Assembly (NCBI GenBank): GCA_039630545.1
Contig: JBCNUU010000004.1
Location: 1-64,000, forward strand
Direction: 5' to 3'
Length of the DNA stretch: 64,000 nucleotides
From: Endomicrobiia bacterium
GTDB taxonomy: Bacteria > Elusimicrobiota > Endomicrobiia > DTEH01
A program made the translations under genes and the position numbers. This document shows positions 9,934 to 18,316 of this stretch, one piece after another (the first letter of the stretch is position 1; each line of letters opens with the position of its first letter). Below the pieces are notes generated by a model, which was not told the origin of the DNA, searched no databases, and worked only from the letters and a program-made list of their open reading frames with translations.

Positions 9934-10482
9934 CTAAACATAAATTATAGAATTTTTGTTTCCAAACTCATCCTCATAGATTTCTTTTTGAGGATCAAGA
10001 GAGGGTTTTCCATCAATTATATATATGTACTTATACTGTCCTCGTTTTAAATTAATTTTTATATGCCATATACCATTCTTTTTGCTTAAATTAACAGGTT
10101 CCCAGTTAGTGAAATCTCCTGCTATCTGAACAACTTTGGCATGTGGATTATAAATTAAAAAAGAAGTTTCTACATAGTAGTTTTGTGATGTAATGTTTTT
10201 TAGATATTTTACAGAAAACACCAATAAAACCACTCCTGTTAAAACAGGAAAAAAAATATATTTTGTAAGGTTACAAAAAAATTCCTTAGAAGGGTAGAAT
10301 AAATCGTGGTCAATTTCACTGTTAAAACTATTTTCTTTAAAAGAAGATAAGCTGTTTATTATACTCTGAATTTCTTCTTCTGTAAACATAGAGATGTAAT
10401 TTTTATTTTTTATATAATGTTGTAAGTTTTCCAAAAAAATTTCAACTTCTTTAATATTTAGTTTTTCAAACATCATTGCCAA
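9934..10482 (-). CDS. Single-pass membrane protein with C-terminal glycogen-binding (CBM48/AMPK-beta-like) domain; candidate anti-sigma factor
   Basis: N-terminal ~70-aa soluble part, TM helix (YIFFPVLTGVVLLVFSV), then AKVVQIAGDFTNW...GQYKYIYIIDG...DP...DEFGNKNS. Directly downstream of the ECF sigma. True start may be ATG 10476. Confidence 0.75.
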   Translation of the reverse strand: MAMMFEKLNIKEVEIFLENLQHYIKNKNYISMFTEEEIQSIINSLSSFKENSFNSEIDHDLFYPSKEFFCNLTKYIFFPVLTGVVLLVFSVKYLKNITSQNYYVETSFLIYNPHAKVVQIAGDFTNWEPVNLSKKNGIWHIKINLKRGQYKYIYIIDGKPSLDPQKEIYEDEFGNKNSIIYV

Positions 10483-10488
10483 AATAAA

Positions 10489-10516
10489 TTACGAAAAATA
10501 ACTATCAAAGGTTACA
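10489..10516 (-). promoter_or_regulatory. Candidate ECF-sigma promoter TGTAAC-N17-CGTAA
   Basis: Minus strand reads TGTAAC CTTTGATAGTTATTTTT CGTAA, with the AAC(-35) and CGT(-10) hallmarks of SigW/SigX-type promoters; overlaps the sigma stop codon. Confidence 0.55.
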
Positions 10517-11087
10517 AAAATTTCAAAGAATTTTTTATCATTTTAATCCCACGATGTAACCTTATTTTTACATTCTGGCAGCTTATTTTTAAAATTTCGG
10601 ATATTTCTTCTATAGTGAGTCCTTCCATGTATCTTAAAATTACTACTTCTTTATATTTAGGCTTCAGCTTATAATAGATTATTGATAAAATTTTTTGCAT
10701 CTTTTCTTTAAATTCTATATTTTTTCTGTCATCCTCTTCATAAAATAAATACTCTGATTGTGTTAAATCAAAACTATTGAAATTTTTTTCAAGATTTTTT
10801 CTAGAATTTCTCTTGCGTATAATATCTAAGGCATAGTTAAGTGTTATTTTATATATCCAGTTTTTGAAATCATATCTTATATTATATTTAGGAAGTGAAT
10901 AGTAAATTTTTATAAACACCTCCTGAAGGACATCTTTTGTGTCTTCTGTGTTTCCTAAAAGCCTATTGATAATTGAAAAAACATATCCTTGATATTTTTT
11001 AATTATCAAACCAAATTTTTCTTTGTCACCATTAAGAATATCATGAATCGTATCAAGGTCAGAAATTTCTAAATCATTATTTTTCAT
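10512..11087 (-). CDS. ECF (sigma-70 group 4) RNA polymerase sigma factor
   Basis: Region 2 DVLQEVFIKIY...FKNWIYKITLNYALD; region 4 EVVILRYMEGLTIEEISEIL...NVKIRLHRG. Confidence 0.93.
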   Translation of the reverse strand: MKNNDLEISDLDTIHDILNGDKEKFGLIIKKYQGYVFSIINRLLGNTEDTKDVLQEVFIKIYYSLPKYNIRYDFKNWIYKITLNYALDIIRKRNSRKNLEKNFNSFDLTQSEYLFYEEDDRKNIEFKEKMQKILSIIYYKLKPKYKEVVILRYMEGLTIEEISEILKISCQNVKIRLHRGIKMIKNSLKFL

Positions 11088-11098
11088 TTTTGATTTAT

Positions 11099-11863
11099 TT
11101 AATAAATTTTGTCTAACTGTACTTCCTGTTTTACTTCCTTCTTTACTTTTTCATCATAAAGTTGTCGAATTTTCTTTATAAGTTTATTGGTAGATAATGT
11201 TGAGTGTTTAAACAACAGTTCAAACAGTTCTTTGTTTTGTTTACTTATATAGAAGTATTTTAATATATGATTAACAATTAAACTCATTTCTTTTAGCGAG
11301 CGATTGGAGTATTTCAAAAACAATATCTCGGATGGATTTTTTATTTTTTTTCCTTCAAGTTCTATTTCTTCTAAAGGAAAGCACTTTTTAAACACGGAGT
11401 AGTAGTTTACCATATAAAGTGCATCTTCGAAAGTAAAGTTATCTGATAAAAGTATCATAAACTTTGTGTATTCTTCTTCGGTTACTTTAGAATCTAAAAT
11501 CTTGGAAGTCAAAATTATACTATACTCATATTCCTTTGGATAAAAGTTTTTGGTAGTAACTTTCTGGATGAGTTGTTTCGCTAATAGGGAGTTTAAAACA
11601 TCATTTTTAAATTTAGGAAAGAACTTTTCAAATGGAATTTTTTTAAGAAAAGCTTCGTTTATAGAATTTATGACTATCGAATAGGGTAAACTATTATTTT
11701 TTACACTCTCAACATATGTTAAAATCTGTTGGATTTGTTGGGAGGTGTAGTTTAACTTTTGAAGTTTTAATATTATTTCATTATAATTGTTATTAACATC
11801 TGAGGAATGAATATTTGTAACTAATAGATTTAAAACTAAAAAAATTTTTTTAAATTTTAACAT
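11099..11863 (-). CDS. Secreted alpha-helical hypothetical protein
   Basis: 254-aa ORF with signal-like N-terminus, ending 11 nt before the sigma gene start. Confidence 0.65.
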   Translation of the reverse strand: MLKFKKIFLVLNLLVTNIHSSDVNNNYNEIILKLQKLNYTSQQIQQILTYVESVKNNSLPYSIVINSINEAFLKKIPFEKFFPKFKNDVLNSLLAKQLIQKVTTKNFYPKEYEYSIILTSKILDSKVTEEEYTKFMILLSDNFTFEDALYMVNYYSVFKKCFPLEEIELEGKKIKNPSEILFLKYSNRSLKEMSLIVNHILKYFYISKQNKELFELLFKHSTLSTNKLIKKIRQLYDEKVKKEVKQEVQLDKIY

Positions 11864-11898
11864 TGAGATTTTATATCTACAAAAATTTTCGTTTGTTA

Positions 11899-11907
11899 AT
11901 TATAGCA
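11899..11907 (-). promoter_or_regulatory. Candidate extended -10 promoter (TGCTATAAT) for the ECF locus
   Basis: Exact TGnTATAAT 35 nt upstream of the 11863 start; no convincing -35, and the AT-rich background weakens it. Confidence 0.35.
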
Positions 11908-11942
11908 ACAAAAATTACAAACTAAATTTAAAGAAAAACAAC

Positions 11943-12014
11943 AGCGGGTGACGGGATTCGAACCCGCGACATTCAGCTTGGGAAGCTGACGTTCTACCTC
12001 TGAACTACACCCGC
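11943..12014 (-). tRNA. tRNA-Gly(CCC)
   Basis: GCGGGTGTAGTTCAGAGGTAGAACGTCAGCTTCCCAAGCTGAATGTCGCGGGTTCGAATCCCGTCACCCGCT: cloverleaf, anticodon CCC, CCA not encoded. Confidence 0.97.
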
Positions 12015-12027
12015 TTTCTATTTCCAA

Positions 12028-12681
12028 TTAACCCCTTACTGATTTTTTTAAACTTTCTGCAAGTTTCTTCCTCCACTCGCGCATCTCCTCTATATCCAAG
12101 CGTCTGACAATTAAGTCAACTCTTCTATTTTTTGCTTTGTTTTCAGGTGTATCATTTGGTGCTACGGGATGCCACTCACCAAATCCTGCTGCGGTAAGAC
12201 GTTTTGGATCAAATTTTAATTCTTCCAGTAAATACTTAAGAACATTTGTAGCTCTTTTAGTAGAAAGTTCCCAGTTGGAAGGAAATTCAGGAGTATTTAT
12301 AGGTGTGTTATCTGTGTGACCCTCTATGGAAATCCTGTTTGGCTCTTCTACTAAAAGAGAAGCTATGTTTTTTATTACTTCTTTTGCTTCGTCATAAATG
12401 TCAGCTTTACCTGAATCAAACATATATTTTTCTGAAAATGTTACTATCAAACCTTCCTTCTGAGTTATTTTTGTAGAAACAAATTTTTCAAGTTTGTTTT
12501 CCAATACATAATTATCAATCTTCTGTTTTATTTTTTTAAGCTGGTCTTCCGTTGCTGCTGCAGATAAAGCAAAAAGCATTATAAAAAATGTTAAAAGCTG
12601 AGTAACTAAATCTGAGTATGAAACCATCCAAGTTGGAGCAGGTCTACCTAATTCTCCTACTTCTGATTTTTTAATTGGCAT
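12028..12681 (-). CDS. motB: Stator protein MotB/PomB family with OmpA-like peptidoglycan-binding domain
   Basis: WMVSYSDLVTQLLTFFIMLFA TM with conserved Asp; IEGHTDN...SNWELSTKRA...NRRVD. Confidence 0.9.
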   Translation of the reverse strand: MPIKKSEVGELGRPAPTWMVSYSDLVTQLLTFFIMLFALSAAATEDQLKKIKQKIDNYVLENKLEKFVSTKITQKEGLIVTFSEKYMFDSGKADIYDEAKEVIKNIASLLVEEPNRISIEGHTDNTPINTPEFPSNWELSTKRATNVLKYLLEELKFDPKRLTAAGFGEWHPVAPNDTPENKAKNRRVDLIVRRLDIEEMREWRKKLAESLKKSVRG

Positions 12682-12690
12682 AATAAAACT

Positions 12691-13542
12691 TTATTTTTTA
12701 GCTTCGGATTCTTCCTGTTTTGCTTCCTTAACCATCTGTTCTCTTGCAGCTTTTTCTTTAGCTAAAGCAGCCTTTCTTAAAGCAGGTGATAAATAAGCCT
12801 GTAAATTAGCTTCCATAACAGAAGGTGCCACTCCTGACTGTAACAACAAAACTCCACGAATTATAACTTCTTTTATAAAAATTTCTTCTTCACTTCTTCT
12901 TTTAAGTTTACCTGAAATAGGTAAAAACAAAAGATAAGCCGCCATCGCACCATAAAATGTAGTAAGAAGAGCAACTGCCATACCCGAAGCTATCTGCGCT
13001 GTATCTTGCAAGTTCCTCAACATTAAAATTAAACCAATTATTGTTCCTATCAAGCCAAAAGCAGGTGAATAGGTCCCCAATGCAATAAATATCTCCTGTC
13101 CTATTTTATGACGCTCTTGAATAAAGGCAAGTTCTGTTTCCATAAGATTTCTTATAAAATCAGCGTCATGTCCATCAATTACCATCTGAAGTCCTCTTCT
13201 CATAAAATCATTTTCCATCTTTTTTATATCTTCTTCTAAAGCAAGTAGTCCTTCTTTTCTTGCTTTTTGACATAAAGCCACAAACTGCTCAATTATTCCA
13301 GCAGCAGATTCTCCAGGTTCTGTAAATACTTTTTTTACTACTTTTAATACACCTACTACTTGAGAAAGTGGATAATTTATTAAAGTTGCACAAATAGCAC
13401 CACCAAATGTAATAAGTATAGAAGGAAAATTATAAAAAGCTATAAACTGAGTAAAATCTATGCCTCCGGTCCCTCTTAACATTATACCAAACGCAATCAG
13501 TAAAAAACCCGCTATAGCTCCTATTAGTGTAGTTATATCCAT
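12691..13542 (-). CDS. motA: Stator protein MotA/PomA family
   Basis: ARKEGLLALE, PAFGLIGTIIGLILML, MAVALLTTFYG motifs. Confidence 0.9.
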   Translation of the reverse strand: MDITTLIGAIAGFLLIAFGIMLRGTGGIDFTQFIAFYNFPSILITFGGAICATLINYPLSQVVGVLKVVKKVFTEPGESAAGIIEQFVALCQKARKEGLLALEEDIKKMENDFMRRGLQMVIDGHDADFIRNLMETELAFIQERHKIGQEIFIALGTYSPAFGLIGTIIGLILMLRNLQDTAQIASGMAVALLTTFYGAMAAYLLFLPISGKLKRRSEEEIFIKEVIIRGVLLLQSGVAPSVMEANLQAYLSPALRKAALAKEKAAREQMVKEAKQEESEAKK

Positions 13543-13547
13543 ATATT

Positions 13548-15134
13548 TTAAATCCCTAAGTTTGCATGTTTAAGTAATTTATACTCAATAGCATCAAGCA
13601 AAGCCTCCCAGGAAGCTTCTATTATGTTTTCTGAAACACCTACTGTAGTCCAAGTATTTTTGCCATCCATAGACTCAACATTTACTCTTACTTTAGCTGC
13701 TGTGCCTGCTTGAGGATTGACAACTCTCACTTTAAAATCAACAAGCTTAACATCCTTAAGATGAGGATAATGTTTAATAAGAGCTTTTCTTAGCGCATTA
13801 TCTAATGCATTTACAGGTCCATCACCTTCTGCTACTACATGTTCTAATTGGTTGTTGACTTTAATTTTTAAAGTTGCTTCTGTTGTTAGTTCTTTTTTTT
13901 CTGGATTATATTGAATTATTACTCTAAATCCGTGTATTTGAAAAAAAGGTTTATATTTGTTTGCTGTCTTTAAGGCTAAAATAACAAATGAACCCTCTGC
14001 ATTTTCATAAAAATAACCCTGATGCTCTTTATGTTTAAGTGTTTTTATTATTTTAGTTAGATGCTTTTCATTTAAATCCACATCTAAGCCATGACGAGCA
14101 AACAGAAGATTCGATCTACCTGCTAATTCAGAGATCAATATCTTTCTTTCATTGCCTACTAATTTTGGATCTATGTGTTCATATGATCTTTTATCTTTTA
14201 AAACTGCTGAAGCATGAACACCACCTTTGTGAGCAAAAGCTAAACTACCTACATAGGGTTGTCTATCATTTGGCACAAAGTTTGATATTTCATAAACTTC
14301 CATAGAAATATCTGTAAGCATTTTAAGTTTTTCTTTAGGAACAACTTCATAACCTAATTTAAACACTAAAGCAGGTATTACAGAACACAAATTAGCATTT
14401 CCACATCTTTCACCTAAACCATTGATAGTGCCATGCACATGACAACATCCATTTTCTACAGCCACAATTGTATTGGCTACAGCACAATCTGAATCATTAT
14501 GAGCATGAATACCTAATTTCACATTTATTTTTTCACTTTTAAGATATTCATATACTTCTTTAACAATTTCTGCAATATCTGAAGGAATACATCCTCCATT
14601 TGTGTCTGCTAATACTAAACAGTCAGCTCCTGCAAGGTAAGCAGTTTTTAAACACTCAAGAGCATATTTTTTATCTTCCTTATATCCATCAAAAAAATGT
14701 TCAGCATCATATATTACCTCTAACCCCCTTTGTTTAAGAAACCTTATAGAATCATAAATCATACTGAGATTTTCTTCTAATGTAGTTTGAAGAGCTTTAA
14801 AAACATGAAGTGTCCAAGTTTTCCCAAACAAACACGCAACATCTACTTTACTTTCTATAATAGCTTTTAAGTTTTTGTCTTGGTATGGTTTTATATTTTT
14901 TTTCCGGGTAGAACCAAAGGCTACTATTTTAGAATTTGTAAGTTTTAACTTTCTTACTTCTTTAAAAAAATCCGTGTCCTTGGGATTGCTACCTGGCCAT
15001 CCACATTCTATATAATCTATTCCAAAATCATCTAAAATTTTAACTATTTTTAACTTGTCAGATAAAGAAAAACTTATCCCGGGTGTTTGTGCGCCATCTC
15101 TTAAAGTAGTATCAAGAATTTCTATCTTTTTCAT
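13548..15134 (-). CDS. cimA: Citramalate synthase (LeuA/CimA family)
   Basis: DTTLRDGAQ, GWPGSNPKD, YDAEHFFDGY, HAHND and C-terminal regulatory domain. Confidence 0.88.
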   Translation of the reverse strand: MKKIEILDTTLRDGAQTPGISFSLSDKLKIVKILDDFGIDYIECGWPGSNPKDTDFFKEVRKLKLTNSKIVAFGSTRKKNIKPYQDKNLKAIIESKVDVACLFGKTWTLHVFKALQTTLEENLSMIYDSIRFLKQRGLEVIYDAEHFFDGYKEDKKYALECLKTAYLAGADCLVLADTNGGCIPSDIAEIVKEVYEYLKSEKINVKLGIHAHNDSDCAVANTIVAVENGCCHVHGTINGLGERCGNANLCSVIPALVFKLGYEVVPKEKLKMLTDISMEVYEISNFVPNDRQPYVGSLAFAHKGGVHASAVLKDKRSYEHIDPKLVGNERKILISELAGRSNLLFARHGLDVDLNEKHLTKIIKTLKHKEHQGYFYENAEGSFVILALKTANKYKPFFQIHGFRVIIQYNPEKKELTTEATLKIKVNNQLEHVVAEGDGPVNALDNALRKALIKHYPHLKDVKLVDFKVRVVNPQAGTAAKVRVNVESMDGKNTWTTVGVSENIIEASWEALLDAIEYKLLKHANLGI

Positions 15135-15188
15135 ACTAAATTTTAATTACTAAACTTGTTTTTTTATTTCAACCAACTCAACAAATTT

Positions 15189-15782
15189 TTATAAACTTCC
15201 TTTTGTAGAGGGCGTTTTTCTTTTGGATTTATCTTCAATTTCAGTAGCTTCTTTTAATACTCTTGCTAAACTTTTAAAAATGGATTCTGAGATATGATGA
15301 TTGTTTTCTCCGTTTAAAATTTTTATATGTAATGTAATTTTAGCTTCGTTTACAAAAGCTTTAAGAAATTCTTTTATTAAGGAGTAGTCAAAATCTGATT
15401 TTTTATATTGAGGCAAAAACTTAACTTCATAGCATAGATTGGGTCTGCCTGAAATATCTACAGCTACATAAGACAAAGACTCATCCATTGGTGTGATAAC
15501 TTCTGCATATCTTTTTATACCTTTTTTATTACCCAAAGCTTTAAGAAATGCCTCCCCCAGGGTCAAACCTATGTCTTCTACTAAATGGTGTTCATCTATA
15601 AATATGTCTCCTTTGGCTTTTATGAATAAATCAAAATTGCTATGAAAAGAAAATATTTCTAACATATGATCAAGAAAAGGAATCGATGTATAAATTTTAT
15701 ATTTCCCTTTTCCATCTAAGTTTATTTTTACTTCAACGGATGTTTCTTTTGTAATTCTTTTTACATTTGATTTTCTTTGCAT
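15189..15782 (-). CDS. hisB: Imidazoleglycerol-phosphate dehydratase
   Basis: FLDHML, DEHHLVED, NNHHISE, PSTKGSL. Confidence 0.96.
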   Translation of the reverse strand: MQRKSNVKRITKETSVEVKINLDGKGKYKIYTSIPFLDHMLEIFSFHSNFDLFIKAKGDIFIDEHHLVEDIGLTLGEAFLKALGNKKGIKRYAEVITPMDESLSYVAVDISGRPNLCYEVKFLPQYKKSDFDYSLIKEFLKAFVNEAKITLHIKILNGENNHHISESIFKSLARVLKEATEIEDKSKRKTPSTKGSL

Positions 15783-15801
15783 CCTATAAGACTCCTGTAG
15801 T

Positions 15802-16998
15802 CTAGAAAGTTTTATAAATATCTACCCTATTTTTATGCCAGACCATTCCTTCTTTTTCTGCTAAGATAGATGTTGCAGCAACTAAGTTTTTTGCACCTTT
15901 TTTTGAAATTTCTACTATACTTATTTTTTTAAAAAAACTCCCCACACATAATCCAGAAGAAAATTTAGCTGTAGAATTTGTTGGTAACACATGAGATGGC
16001 CCTGCAACATAATCTCCAAACACTGCTGATGGGCAACTGCCTGAAAAAATAGCTCCAGCGTTTTTTACTTTTGCTAAAATCTTTTTTTGATATTTTGTAA
16101 GCAAAGTTAAATGTTCAGGTGCGATTTCATCTATGATTTTACAAATATTCTGAAGGTTTTTTTCATAAATAATTTTTATTCGATTTAAAAATTCTTTTGC
16201 ATTTTTTATTAGATACTTCTTAACTTCTTTTATAACATTTTTGTCATAACTTATAAAATAACTTTTAGCATCCTTATCATGCTCAGCTTGAGCAAGAAGT
16301 TCATAAATTATTTCTTTTAAACTAAAACTTCCATCTCCTACCACAACAACTTCAGAGGGACCTGCTATCATATCTATACCAACTTTACCTATAAGCTGCC
16401 TTTTTGCTTCAGTTACCCAAATATTTCCAGGACCTACTATCATGTCAACTTTAGGCACTGTTTTTGTTCCAAAAGCTAATGCTGCAACAGCCTGTGCGCC
16501 TCCTATTTGATATATTTCTTTAATCCCAAGTATATACGCAGTATATAAGAAATAATTTGTTACATTTTTAGGTGGAGTAACTAATACAATTTTTCTCACA
16601 CCAGCCACCTGTGCTGGAATCACCGTCATAAGTAAAGTTGAAATATAATTAAAGCCATACTTACCTCCAGGAATATATATACCAACTGAATCCACTGGCA
16701 AAAATTTCTGTCCTGTTTTAATACCATTGTTAGATACAGACCAGTTTCTTTTGAGATTTTTTAATTCTTCCATGTGAAACTTTCTTATATTTTTAATTGC
16801 TAAGTTTATACTTTTAATAAAATTTTTATCTTCAAGTTTAGGTAATTTTTCAATTTTTACTTTTAAATCTTTAGAGGAAAAATTTTTTATTTGATCAAAC
16901 TTAATAGTATATCTTAATAGCGCTTTATCTCCATATCTTTTAACATTTTTTATCACTTTTTCCACTATCTTAGAAACACTTAAAGCTTTCATAATCAT
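15802..16998 (-). CDS. hisD: Histidinol dehydrogenase
   Basis: GIYIPGG, GPGNIWV, IDMIAGPSE, LAQAEHD, GPSHVLPT. Confidence 0.95.
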   Translation of the reverse strand: MIMKALSVSKIVEKVIKNVKRYGDKALLRYTIKFDQIKNFSSKDLKVKIEKLPKLEDKNFIKSINLAIKNIRKFHMEELKNLKRNWSVSNNGIKTGQKFLPVDSVGIYIPGGKYGFNYISTLLMTVIPAQVAGVRKIVLVTPPKNVTNYFLYTAYILGIKEIYQIGGAQAVAALAFGTKTVPKVDMIVGPGNIWVTEAKRQLIGKVGIDMIAGPSEVVVVGDGSFSLKEIIYELLAQAEHDKDAKSYFISYDKNVIKEVKKYLIKNAKEFLNRIKIIYEKNLQNICKIIDEIAPEHLTLLTKYQKKILAKVKNAGAIFSGSCPSAVFGDYVAGPSHVLPTNSTAKFSSGLCVGSFFKKISIVEISKKGAKNLVAATSILAEKEGMVWHKNRVDIYKTF

Positions 16999-18284
16999 TC
17001 ATCAACTCTTTTTATCTTTGCTCCCAAATAAGAAAGTTTTTTTTCTAAATTTTCATAACCCCTGTCCAAATGATAAATATGCGAAACCTTAGTAATACCT
17101 TCTGCTGCAAGCCCAGCTAAAACCAAAGCAGCGCCTGCCCTTAAGTCTGAAACCATAACCTCTGCTCCTTTTAGTTTTGAAACTCCATTTACTATTGCTT
17201 TTTTTCCATCCACAGTAATATTTGCGCCCATTCTATTAAGTTCAGCAACATGTAGAAATCTATTTTCAAATACAGTTTCTTTTATTATGCTTACCCCTTC
17301 AGCTAAACACATCAACGCCATAAACTGTGCTTGAAGATCGGTAGGGAAGTAAGGATAAGGACGAGTAACAATGTTTTGAGGTTTAATTTTTCCTTTGAGT
17401 AGCACTTCTATTGTTTTTTTTTCTTTATCTACTTCTATTTCTAAATTTGTTTTTTTTAATTTTTTTATAACATATTCTAAATGCGCGGGTTCCACACATT
17501 CCAGCTTTATTTCTCCCTTTGTTATACCAGCAGCTATCATATATGTAGCAGCTTCAATTCTATCAGGTATAATAGTATGCATCACTATTTCTTTTTTATT
17601 AAACAAATCTTTAAAACCTTTAATTTTTATGATTCTCGTACCCGCACCTTCTATACTTACTCCAAGCTTTTTTAAAAATTCTGCCAGATCGCATATTTCA
17701 GGTTCTTTTGCAGCATTCATTATTACAGTTTCTTGAGGAATAGCAGAAGCTAACATCAACACATTTTCAGTAGCACCTACAGAAGGATATCTAAATTTTA
17801 TAACAGCGGGATTCAAATGCTTTCTTGTAAAAACTTCATAACCACCTTCAATATAATTTTTTACTCCGAGTTTCTCAAAAGCTTTTATATGAATATCAAC
17901 TGGTCTTACACCAATAGCGCATCCTCCAGGAAGGGCTACTTTTACTTTTCTATATCTTGCTAGCAAAGCACCTGATACTAAAAAACTTGCTCTCATTTTT
18001 TTTATTAGGTCATAGGGTGCTACTATAAAATCACCTTCCTTATAGGGTTCTTTGTAGGATTTAATTATTAAAGAAGAATCATCTTTCCAAAAAACTTTTT
18101 TTCCTAAAAATTCTATTATTGAAATTGTAGTTTCAATATCTTTTAAATGAGGAACATTATTTAATATAACATCATTGTCTGTAAGTAATGAAGCTATTAT
18201 AATAGGTAAAGCAGCGTTTTTAGAACCTGAGATTCTTATACTTCCTCTAAGAGGTGTCCCGCCTTCTATTATTAGTTTTTCCAT
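16995..18284 (-). CDS. murA: UDP-N-acetylglucosamine 1-carboxyvinyltransferase
   Basis: GSKNAALP, LPGGCAIGVRPVDIH, DLRAGAAL. Confidence 0.97.
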   Translation of the reverse strand: MEKLIIEGGTPLRGSIRISGSKNAALPIIIASLLTDNDVILNNVPHLKDIETTISIIEFLGKKVFWKDDSSLIIKSYKEPYKEGDFIVAPYDLIKKMRASFLVSGALLARYRKVKVALPGGCAIGVRPVDIHIKAFEKLGVKNYIEGGYEVFTRKHLNPAVIKFRYPSVGATENVLMLASAIPQETVIMNAAKEPEICDLAEFLKKLGVSIEGAGTRIIKIKGFKDLFNKKEIVMHTIIPDRIEAATYMIAAGITKGEIKLECVEPAHLEYVIKKLKKTNLEIEVDKEKKTIEVLLKGKIKPQNIVTRPYPYFPTDLQAQFMALMCLAEGVSIIKETVFENRFLHVAELNRMGANITVDGKKAIVNGVSKLKGAEVMVSDLRAGAALVLAGLAAEGITKVSHIYHLDRGYENLEKKLSYLGAKIKRVDE

Positions 18285-18316
18285 ATTTGTTTAGATATAA
18301 TTTTAAAACTCAATTA

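Noticed and set aside
11943..12014. tRNA-Gly as integration site for the 1-11.9 kb locus
   Set aside because: No integrase, no duplicated tRNA 3' end and no obvious composition break in view; cannot be excluded beyond the left edge.
12028..13542. MotAB as Zorya (ZorAB) anti-phage system
   Set aside because: MotA lacks the long ZorA cytoplasmic tail, carries flagellar-type motifs, and no zorC/D/E neighbours are present.
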